Shown: piece after piece, positions 9,723 through 17,416 of the stretch
How positions within the stretch are numbered: the stretch's first letter is position 1
Layout of the letters: every line of letters begins with the position of its first letter
Assembly (NCBI GenBank): GCA_040386535.1
Contig: JAZKFH010000010.1
Location: forward strand, 32,001-96,000
From: Myxococcota bacterium
Lineage (GTDB): Bacteria; Myxococcota_A; UBA796; SXON01
Direction of reading: 5' to 3'
DNA length: 64,000 nt
The notes under the pieces: generated by a model
What the model was told of the DNA's origin: nothing
The model's input: only the letters and a program-made list of their open reading frames with translations
The model's database searches: none
Program-made: the position numbers and the translations under genes

Positions 9723-12238
9723 TCGCGCTCGCCCTCCTCCTGGCGGCCTGTGACGGCGCCGAAGCGCCCGGCGGCACGCAGACCGCCGCGCTCCTCCCGG
9801 TCGACGAGGTCGCGACCGTCGTGTTGGACGCCGTGCTCCCCTCCGACGCGCTCTGGCTCCCCACCGGGGAGCTGCTCGTGCTCGACGGGTACGCGGGGCG
9901 CATCCTCCGCTTCGGCCCCGACGGCGCGGCGCGCGGCACCTGGAGCGAGGCCGCCAACCTCGGGGGCGCCGTGCGCCTCTCCCCCGCCGCGGACGGCGGC
10001 GTATGGGCCGTGGTGCCCGGGGACGAAGGCGACGCCGGGCTCCTCCTCCACCTCACGGTCGAGGGCGTGCTCGACACCATCCGCCCGCCCCAGGCGATCG
10101 ACGGCACCACGCTGCACCCGGTGGACGTGGTCGACCTCGGCAAGCACCTGCTCATCGCCGAGCGCACCGGCGCGCTGTCCTGGCTGGATCCGGCCACCGG
10201 CGCGCTCACCCGCACCCTCACCCACTTCGTCGCCGTCGGCGTCGACGCGGCCCCGCTGCGTCGCATCGTCGACCTCGCGCGGGACGTGGACGGCGGCGTC
10301 GTGGCGGTCGACACCCTGCTCCCCCGCGTCATCCCCGTCGACGCCGCCGGCCGGCCCGGCGCGGGCTTCGGCCGCCGCGGGCTCTCCGACGGTCACCTGT
10401 TCCGCCCCACCTCAGCCGCGGTGCTCCCCGGCGGTCTGCTCGTCGCCGACTCGGTGCTGGGCGCCGTCCAGGCCTTCGAGGCCGACGGGGACACGATCGG
10501 GCTCCTCGCGATCGACGGGACCGCGCTGGTGTTCGGGCATCCGGTGGCCGTGCGCGTCGACGACGACTCGCTCGTGGCCGTGCTCGAGGCGAAGCCCGCG
10601 CGCCTGCACCTCGTTCGGCTCCAGGGGCCGCTGCCGGAGGCCCCGCCCCCGTCGCTGCTGCGCACCACCCTGGTGGACGCCGACGCCGACCCGGCGGGCA
10701 CGAACGGCGCCGCCTGCGTGCAATGCCACGACGGGCTCGTGCTCGACGGCCGCGACGTGTGGGATCCGGCACGCGGCCATCACCCCCGCGAAATGGTCCC
10801 CGTGGGGCCCCTCCCCGCCTTCTTTCCGCTCGAGGACGGCAAGATCGTGTGCACGACGTGCCACTCGCCACACGGCGTCGTGGACGCCCCGGTCGGCGCT
10901 GGAGAAGCGACCGGCTCCGCCGCGCCCCTCATCCGCCACAAGAGCGCCAGATCGCCGTTCCTCCGCCTCGACACCGACGCGGACGCGTTGTGCCTCGCCT
11001 GTCACACCGAGAACGAGCACACCAACGCCGGCACGGCGTCGTTGGGAGGGAGCGCGGCCGGCCACCCCACCGGCCCGGCCCTGATCGACGCCCTGAAGTC
11101 CCGCGACGGCGGCGGCCCGACCGACCCGACCCTGGCGAGCTGCCTCTCCTGCCACGCCATGCACGGCGCCACTGGCGACGCGATCACGCGCGACCCGAAC
11201 GACGGCAGCACCTGCCTCGGCTGTCACCCGGCGATGGGGAAGCCGGCCACCAACCACCCGCTCGGCAACGCGGCCGGGCGGGATCTCGGCGGCGAACGTG
11301 GCAGCCACGTGGCGCTCTCCGCGGCCGGCGGCATCGGCTGCCTGACCTGCCACGACCTCGGCGGCGACGCGAAGATCAGCCTGGTGCGCACCCTCCCCGG
11401 CGGGCGGGCCGTGTGCCTCGACTGTCACGACGAGCGCACCGATCTGGCGGGCAGCGGGCACGCCAAACTCGCGCGGGACGGCGCCCCCACCTGCGTTGCG
11501 TGTCACGACGTACACGGCGGCGAGCGCGACGCCCAGTTCGTGACCGCCACCCCGACAACCGCGGGGGATCCGACGGCCTGCCTTTCCTGCCACGCGCCCG
11601 GCAAACGCGGCGCTTCCGCCGGCGCCGCGCCCGGCCGCGTTGGCCACCCGGTCGACGGCCACACGTTGGAGAATGGGGACGCGCTCACCTGCCTCACGTG
11701 CCACGATGCCCACGCCGCCGACCTCCCCAGGGCCGGGAGCTGCGCCGAGTGCCACGCCCCCGAGGCCTCCGCTGCGAGCCGGGGAGGCCACGGCTCCGCG
11801 ACGTGCCTCGACTGTCACCCCGCGCACGGTCGGGCGCCCGCCGCCCCGGCCGCCCTCGCGCGCATTACCAATCCCGCCAGCAGCCGTTGCCTCGCGTGTC
11901 ACGCCCCGGGAACATCCAACACGAAGGCGACCAAGCTCGCCAGTTGGGACCACCCCGTGCCCACGTTCCTCCCCGACGGCAGCCGCTGGGCGCCCCTCGC
12001 CGGGCTCACCCTCTACACCACGAGCGGCGCTCCGGCGGCCCCCGGCGCCAACGGGGATCTGGCGTGCGAGAGCTGCCACGTCGTGCACGGACCGGAGGCC
12101 TCCGGCGAGGATCACCTGCGCAAGCGCGGCGGCTGGCAGGAGGCCTGCTCCTCGTGCCACGGCGACGAGGCCCTCGTGATGTACCGCTACTTCCACCAGC
12201 CCGATCGCCGCGACGATCTGCTCGGAGCGAGCCCATGA
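9719..12238 (+). CDS. Lipoprotein with NHL-like beta-propeller fused to a 15-heme cytochrome c domain
   Basis: Lipobox LAAC. NHL-like GFGRRGLSDGHLFRPTSAAV...LLVADSVLGAVQAF. 15 CxxCH, several of the doubled CxxCHxxH...LCxxCH type. Confidence 0.88.
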   Translation: MIALALLLAACDGAEAPGGTQTAALLPVDEVATVVLDAVLPSDALWLPTGELLVLDGYAGRILRFGPDGAARGTWSEAANLGGAVRLSPAADGGVWAVVPGDEGDAGLLLHLTVEGVLDTIRPPQAIDGTTLHPVDVVDLGKHLLIAERTGALSWLDPATGALTRTLTHFVAVGVDAAPLRRIVDLARDVDGGVVAVDTLLPRVIPVDAAGRPGAGFGRRGLSDGHLFRPTSAAVLPGGLLVADSVLGAVQAFEADGDTIGLLAIDGTALVFGHPVAVRVDDDSLVAVLEAKPARLHLVRLQGPLPEAPPPSLLRTTLVDADADPAGTNGAACVQCHDGLVLDGRDVWDPARGHHPREMVPVGPLPAFFPLEDGKIVCTTCHSPHGVVDAPVGAGEATGSAAPLIRHKSARSPFLRLDTDADALCLACHTENEHTNAGTASLGGSAAGHPTGPALIDALKSRDGGGPTDPTLASCLSCHAMHGATGDAITRDPNDGSTCLGCHPAMGKPATNHPLGNAAGRDLGGERGSHVALSAAGGIGCLTCHDLGGDAKISLVRTLPGGRAVCLDCHDERTDLAGSGHAKLARDGAPTCVACHDVHGGERDAQFVTATPTTAGDPTACLSCHAPGKRGASAGAAPGRVGHPVDGHTLENGDALTCLTCHDAHAADLPRAGSCAECHAPEASAASRGGHGSATCLDCHPAHGRAPAAPAALARITNPASSRCLACHAPGTSNTKATKLASWDHPVPTFLPDGSRWAPLAGLTLYTTSGAPAAPGANGDLACESCHVVHGPEASGEDHLRKRGGWQEACSSCHGDEALVMYRYFHQPDRRDDLLGASP

Positions 12239-12399
12239 TCCCCTCCCCCGTCGAACCGTCGCCGTCGGCCGAGCCCAGCGTGTGGCCCCGCACCGTGAAG
12301 CTCGCGATCGCAGCGTTCCTCCTCGGCTTCCTCCTCTTCGGCCCCGGCCTCGGGCAGGCGCGTTTTCTGCTGGATGCGTACCACCACGGGGGGTTGTAG
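12235..12399 (+). CDS. Small (54 aa) single-TM membrane protein in the cytochrome operon
   Basis: MIPSPVEPSPSAEPSVWPRTVKLAIAAFLLGFLLFGPGLGQARFLLDAYHHGGL. ATGA overlap upstream and TAG-ATG abutment downstream. Confidence 0.7.
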   Translation: MIPSPVEPSPSAEPSVWPRTVKLAIAAFLLGFLLFGPGLGQARFLLDAYHHGGL

Positions 12400-13080
12400 A
12401 TGGGCAGACGTCTGCGCGCCGCGTTCGTGTGGCTGCGATCCACCAGGGCGTGGCTGGTGCTCCACCCGGTGTCGCTCGCGGTCGTCGTGTTCGCGCTCGT
12501 CGGGGGCGGTGCCAGCGGAGTGCCCGCCGGTGCGGCGATGCACACCTACATGTGGAAGGACGCGCGGTTCTGTGACGACTGTCACGTGCACGACTACGCC
12601 AACGAGGCCTGGGAGCGCTCTGCCCACGCGCGCCTCACCACCTGCCACGATTGCCACCGCGTGCCGATCCGGCACTACCCGAACAACCTCTACCTCGCGT
12701 TGTTCGACCGACCGCAGGTGCCCGAGGACATTCCCCAGCCCGACGTGGGCGTGGTGATCTGCGAGCAATGCCACTCCGAGACCGGTGACGACGAGCCGCT
12801 GACCGGGCCCCTGCCGGAGAAGCTGCGCCCGTGGGTGGTCAAGGTGGACCAGAGCCCGCTGCACCGCCTCCACCTGGACGCCACGAGCCGCGTCATCGAA
12901 TGCCTCGACTGCCACGGCGGCCGCCACCTCGAGGTGCACCGCTTCACGGCCACCTCGGAGGGCTGCGAAACCTGCCACGCCGGGATCCGCCCCGAGGACG
13001 AGAGCGGGCGCACCCTCTCGTGTCTCGATTGCCACGCCCAAGGCTTCCTGGGCCACGCCGGCGCGGCCGCCGCGCCGTGA
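12400..13080 (+). CDS. NapC/NirT/NrfH-like membrane-anchored hexaheme cytochrome (putative quinol dehydrogenase)
   Basis: N-terminal TM followed by FCDDCHVHDYANEAWERSAHARLTTCHDCH, matching the NapC/NrfH FCxxCH...W..S.H...CxDCH pattern. 6 CxxCH. Confidence 0.8.
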   Translation: MGRRLRAAFVWLRSTRAWLVLHPVSLAVVVFALVGGGASGVPAGAAMHTYMWKDARFCDDCHVHDYANEAWERSAHARLTTCHDCHRVPIRHYPNNLYLALFDRPQVPEDIPQPDVGVVICEQCHSETGDDEPLTGPLPEKLRPWVVKVDQSPLHRLHLDATSRVIECLDCHGGRHLEVHRFTATSEGCETCHAGIRPEDESGRTLSCLDCHAQGFLGHAGAAAAP

Positions 13081-13135
13081 CGACACCCCCTCTCCTTGCT
13101 TCTCGCACCCTTCTCCAACTGACACCGAGGTCTCG

Positions 13136-15433
13136 ATGCAACTGAACCGATGGAAAATGACGGTCACGACCGGATGGGCGCTGCTCGCGCTCGCCGGGTG
13201 TGGCGTCGAGCCCGGCAAGAACGGCGAGGACGGCACCAAGGGCGCCGACGGCACGGACGGGCTCGACGGCTCGGATGGCACGGACGGCACAGACGGGCTC
13301 GACGGCACCGACGGGATCGACGGCCGCGACGGCCACGTCGGAGATGGCCCCTGGGGCGTGAACCTGGAGATCGTCGAGATCGCCGGGGCCACCGGCGGCG
13401 GCGGCGCCTTCCAGGTGGGCGACTACCCGGTGATCACCTTCGGCGTGACCGACGACGACGGCTTCGAGTACGACATGGCCGAGCTCTCCGCGGTGTACTT
13501 CAACCTCGCCGGGCCCACCAGCCACGTGCAGATCGTGGTGTACAACTCCGACCTCGCGCGCGTCGTGGACACCGCGGTCTACAACTACGACGGCACCTGG
13601 ACCTACACGTTCGACCTGCCGATCCCGGCGGTGTACGACGCCGTCCCCAACGACACGCCCGACCTCGGCGTGGACGACGGGGACTGGGGGGGCCTGCCGC
13701 TCGTGGACGGCACCTACATCCTCGGCGCCTGGGCGTACCTGAGCCAAGAGGACGAGGACGGGGAGTCGTACGTCGAGACCGACAACGTCACGACCAACGT
13801 GCTCGTGGGCGCCGCCACGGTCGTGGAGCCGCGCGAGAACGTGCTCGCGGACAACTGCGCCGACTGCCACGGCGACACGTTCGAGGCCCACGGTGGCAGC
13901 CGCCGCGACCTCGACCTCTGCATCACCTGTCACGTGGACGGCTCCGAGGACCGCTACTCCGCCACCGACGCCACGACGACGCCCGGCGCGACCGTCGGCA
14001 TGACGTCCATGATCCACAAGATCCACATGGGCGCCGACCTCACTAACGGCGTGTTCCTGAACGGCTTCCCCGGCGACCCCGGCGCCACCGGATACCCCGA
14101 CTACAACGAGCACGACTTCTCCGAGGTGGTGTTCCCGAGCTGGCCGCTCGCCACCGCGGACTGTGCGTCCTGCCACGAGGGCGCCACCGGCGGCGATGTC
14201 GCGGAGAAGCCCACCCGGCTCGCCTGCGGCTCCTGCCACGACAGCCTCGACTTCGAGACCGGCGAGAACCACGAGGGCGGCGCCCAGGTGGACGACTCCA
14301 ACTGCGCCGTGTGCCACTCCTCGGGGTTCGTGCCCGAGCACGGCGATCCCCGCGACCAGGGCGACGTGTGGGAGAGCAACGGCCACGCCGCGGGCAAGAC
14401 CGGCGTGAACATCACGGTGCTCACGGTCACCAACGGCGATGGCGAGACGACGCTCCAGCCCGGTGACACGGTGACCGCGACGTTCTCGGTCCTCTACGAC
14501 GACGGGACGCCCATCCCCCAGTCGTTCTTCGCGTACAGCGCGGCCTCGTCCACGTGCCCGACCATCTCCGGCGCTGGCACCGCCGTCCTGGTCGGCCCCA
14601 GCGACCACATGCAGCGCACGATGTACTCGCCTTCGGCGGGCAGCACGACCACGGTCGGCTCGGTCTTCGGCTCGTCCACGGTCGACACGACCACGGGGAT
14701 CTGGACCTACACGTTCATGAACACGGACGGGACGGCCCAGCCCATCCCGGCGACCTACGCGCTCCAGGTCAACGACACGGCGGAGTACGTCGACCTCTAC
14801 GGGGATCTGTACGGCCAGGCGCTGCGCTCCGGCACCTACCGGGTCGAGGTGCTCCTCTACACGTCCGTTTGGGAGGACACGACGTGCGCCAGCGGCAGTG
14901 ACACCAGCGAGCGCTGGCGTGTCGCCGAGCCGGGCGGCCTGGACGTGCTCCTGGGCGACGCGACGACGATCGAGCCCCACTCCATCGTCACCGACGCGTC
15001 CTGCGAGTCCTGTCACAGCGAGGTCCGCTTCCACGGCGGCTCCCGCAAGGGCGTCGATTATTGTGTCACATGCCACACCCCGGGCTCGACGGACGGCGAC
15101 GTGCCCCCCGTGAGCGTGGACTTCGTGGCGGTGATCCACGGCACCCACTCCTCGGGCGCCGGGCTCGGCACCCCCTACGCGGGCGGCGGCACCCCGTACG
15201 ACATCACGTTCCCGCGCGTGGATGGCGGCGTCGCGGCCTGCGAGTCCTGCCACGGGGAGAACCCGGCGTGGCAGACCCCCTCGACCCGCGCGTGCATGAC
15301 GTGCCACACCAGCGACGCGGACTACGCCCACGCCGCGCTCAACACGGACGACGTGTACGGCGAGAGCTGCGAGGTGTGCCACGGCGAGGGCAGCGACTAC
15401 GCGGTCGAGGGCGTGCACGCCTGGGTCCGGTAG
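13136..15433 (+). CDS. OmcA/MtrC-family decaheme outer-membrane cytochrome lipoprotein
   Basis: Lipobox LAGC. Beta domain / 5 hemes / beta domain / 5 hemes layout. AHGGSR...CITCH, MIHKIHMG, CGSCHD..DF.TGENH.GGAQ.DD..CAVCH are typical MtrC/OmcA-family patterns. Confidence 0.88.
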   Translation: MQLNRWKMTVTTGWALLALAGCGVEPGKNGEDGTKGADGTDGLDGSDGTDGTDGLDGTDGIDGRDGHVGDGPWGVNLEIVEIAGATGGGGAFQVGDYPVITFGVTDDDGFEYDMAELSAVYFNLAGPTSHVQIVVYNSDLARVVDTAVYNYDGTWTYTFDLPIPAVYDAVPNDTPDLGVDDGDWGGLPLVDGTYILGAWAYLSQEDEDGESYVETDNVTTNVLVGAATVVEPRENVLADNCADCHGDTFEAHGGSRRDLDLCITCHVDGSEDRYSATDATTTPGATVGMTSMIHKIHMGADLTNGVFLNGFPGDPGATGYPDYNEHDFSEVVFPSWPLATADCASCHEGATGGDVAEKPTRLACGSCHDSLDFETGENHEGGAQVDDSNCAVCHSSGFVPEHGDPRDQGDVWESNGHAAGKTGVNITVLTVTNGDGETTLQPGDTVTATFSVLYDDGTPIPQSFFAYSAASSTCPTISGAGTAVLVGPSDHMQRTMYSPSAGSTTTVGSVFGSSTVDTTTGIWTYTFMNTDGTAQPIPATYALQVNDTAEYVDLYGDLYGQALRSGTYRVEVLLYTSVWEDTTCASGSDTSERWRVAEPGGLDVLLGDATTIEPHSIVTDASCESCHSEVRFHGGSRKGVDYCVTCHTPGSTDGDVPPVSVDFVAVIHGTHSSGAGLGTPYAGGGTPYDITFPRVDGGVAACESCHGENPAWQTPSTRACMTCHTSDADYAHAALNTDDVYGESCEVCHGEGSDYAVEGVHAWVR
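13214..13348 (+). repeat. Collagen-like (Gly-X-Y)15 linker in the MtrC-like protein
   Basis: GKN GED GTK GAD GTD GLD GSD GTD GTD GLD GTD GID GRD GHV GDG. Confidence 0.9.
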
Positions 15434-15460
15434 GCGGCTGACGTAGGTGGACGTAGGCGG

Positions 15461-15494
15461 ACGGGAGGGGGGCGACCCTCTCCCGTTCTTGTCT
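15461..15494 (+). terminator. Probable intrinsic terminator of the cytochrome operon
   Basis: 11-bp stem ACGGGAGGGGG / CCCTCTCCCGT (one G-U pair) with a GCGA tetraloop, followed by TCTTGTCT. Confidence 0.7.
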
Positions 15495-15618
15495 GGGCAC
15501 GCGGGCATGCGTCACGTCACGTCGCACGTCACGTGACGGTCACGCCCTGATCGGCTCGAAACACGCCTCCCCCTTCGGCACGGCGGTTGCTGCATGGCGG
15601 GCACCGGAGACCCCGCCC

Positions 15619-16236
15619 ATGCCCGTCCTTCTCGCCGCTCTCGCCCTCCTTGCCTGCACCTCCACGTCCGAAGACACCGGGGCCGACCCGGCGGACACCG
15701 ACACCGACACCGATACCGATACGGACACCGACACCGATACGGACACCGATACGGACACCGATACCGATACCGACACCGACACCGACACCGACACCGATAC
15801 CGATACGGACACCGACACCACCCCCGTCTGGGCCGTGGGCGCCTTCGAGTGGGTGCTCAACGGAAACGCACACACGGACCCGACGGCCGCGGTGGCGTAC
15901 TCCACCACCGGGACGCGGATGGCGAGCCTGCGCGTCGACGGCACGGACGACGAGACCCGCGAGGGCGTGGTGATGCGGCTCGACGACGCGTCCAGCGCCG
16001 GCGCGGTGCCCGCTGGCGAATACCCCTGCGGCTTCGTCGATTACCCGATGGCGCTGCTCAGCGCGACGGAGGACGGCGCCTCCTACTCCAGCTACAACGA
16101 AGGCGCCTCGTGCGTGGTCACCCTCGACGCCGCGGCGAGCCCCGGCGCCGTCGTCACCGGCTCGCTGACCGGCACCTACATCGACGCCACCGGCACGAAC
16201 ACGTTGACCGGGCGCTTCTGGGTGGCGGTGCCGTAG
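15619..16236 (+). CDS. Hypothetical lipoprotein with (Asp-Thr)n linker
   Basis: Lipobox LLAC, long DT repeat, C-terminal beta-rich domain. Confidence 0.85.
   Translation: MPVLLAALALLACTSTSEDTGADPADTDTDTDTDTDTDTDTDTDTDTDTDTDTDTDTDTDTDTDTDTTPVWAVGAFEWVLNGNAHTDPTAAVAYSTTGTRMASLRVDGTDDETREGVVMRLDDASSAGAVPAGEYPCGFVDYPMALLSATEDGASYSSYNEGASCVVTLDAAASPGAVVTGSLTGTYIDATGTNTLTGRFWVAVP
15694..15819 (+). repeat. Coding hexanucleotide repeat (GAY-ACN)n, about 21 Asp-Thr units
   Basis: gacacc/gatacc/gatacg units in frame. Confidence 0.92.
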
Positions 16237-16260
16237 CTCCGGTGCCGCCGGGGTGTCCGC

Positions 16261-16914
16261 TCAGAACACCCCGGGGATCACCCGCCACCGCACCGTCCCT
16301 GCGTACGCCGCGTAGCCGGCCAGCTCGTCGTGGAGCATCCGATCCTCGATGAGCGTCCGGCGCACGAACACCAGGATCACCGGCCACAACACGGGCGCGG
16401 CCAGCCACGACCCGAGGGCGGGGCCCGACCCGAGGCAGACGAAGACGACGGCCAGGTACATGGGATGGCGCACCAGGCCGTAGGGTCCGCTCGAGATCAC
16501 GGTCTGCGCACGCTCGGTCTGGATGCGGACGGCGCTCGACGCAAACGGGTTGGAGAGCAGGGTCCAGACCACCAGCACGAAGCCGGCCGCGAACGTGCAG
16601 AGCCCGACCAGCTGCAGAAGGATCGGCATCGAGCTCCACCCGAGCCGCCCGACATCGAGACCGGCCAGCCCGAGGTGGGCCGCCAACAACGGCACGGCCA
16701 CCTTGCGCGTAGCGGCATCCCGGTCGGAGGGCGGCCGCAAACGCTCCGCGAGGAGAGCCGGCTGAAACCGGGACAGCAACACGTTGGTGGCCGTGCCGCT
16801 CCCCGCGAACACCCCGAGCCAGGCCCAGAACCAAACCAGGTCGAGCCGCCCGGCGGGCAGGAACAGGAGGCTGGCGGCGATCGAAACGACCGTGAGGACA
16901 CCGAGGACGATCAT
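16261..16914 (-). CDS. Isoprenylcysteine carboxyl methyltransferase / PEMT family membrane protein
   Basis: VISSGPYGLVRHPMY and EDRMLHDELAGYAAY..VRWRVIPGVF motifs, multiple TMs. Confidence 0.9.
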   Translation of the reverse strand: MIVLGVLTVVSIAASLLFLPAGRLDLVWFWAWLGVFAGSGTATNVLLSRFQPALLAERLRPPSDRDAATRKVAVPLLAAHLGLAGLDVGRLGWSSMPILLQLVGLCTFAAGFVLVVWTLLSNPFASSAVRIQTERAQTVISSGPYGLVRHPMYLAVVFVCLGSGPALGSWLAAPVLWPVILVFVRRTLIEDRMLHDELAGYAAYAGTVRWRVIPGVF

Positions 16915-17357
16915 GACTTCTCCCCCTTCAAGGCCACGACGGTGGCATCGAGGGCCGCCTCGAGCTGCCGCGCGACCTCGGGTGGGAGGCGCGCGTAGAC
17001 CGATTCGAAGCTCTCTCGCCGCAAGGTCTGGATCCGTGCCAACAGCTCCTTTCCGCCCGCGCTGAGCGCGACGGCGGTGCGCCGACGATCCTCCGGGTCG
17101 ATCCCCCGTTCCACGAGGCCACGGTGCTCCAGCTGGCTCACGAGATGGCTCGTGGCGCTCTGGGAGCGGCCGAGGTGGGTTTGAAGCGCCGAGATGGTCA
17201 GCGGGCCCGCGTCCGCGATCCGGAACAGGGCGATGGACTGCGGCACCGACAGGTCGAGCGCCGCGGTGGCCGAGAGGCCTGCCTGCATCTCGTCGACCAG
17301 GAGGTGCCGGAGCGTGGTGAGGTGCCGCCAGAGGGCGTCGGGGCTCGATTGCATCAT
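16911..17357 (-). CDS. MarR family transcriptional regulator
   Basis: LSVPQ..ALF...LTISAL...SQSATSHLVSQLEHRGLVER..DPEDRRRTAVALS. C-terminal part of ORF 16911..18656. ATGA overlap with the ICMT gene. Confidence 0.9.
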   Translation of the reverse strand: MMQSSPDALWRHLTTLRHLLVDEMQAGLSATAALDLSVPQSIALFRIADAGPLTISALQTHLGRSQSATSHLVSQLEHRGLVERGIDPEDRRRTAVALSAGGKELLARIQTLRRESFESVYARLPPEVARQLEAALDATVVALKGEKS

Positions 17358-17390
17358 TTCATCGATGTATCCAACCATCGATGCAAATGC
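17355..17390. promoter_or_regulatory. Candidate MarR operator
   Basis: Two palindromic CATCGATG boxes (17360-17367, 17376-17383) 8 bp apart, in an AT-richer patch at the marR start. Confidence 0.45.
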
Positions 17391-17416
17391 AAGCGCTCCC
17401 CCTCCACGCGGAGCGC

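Noticed and set aside
3962..15433. Canonical mtrCAB operon
   Set aside because: There is no MtrA/DmsE-type decaheme pattern and no ~700-aa MtrB-sized barrel; only the MtrC/OmcA-like subunit is recognisable.
15529..15944. Antisense ORFs with (VS)n or (GVGI)n repeats (also 27166-27399)
   Set aside because: They are shadow frames of the DT repeats.
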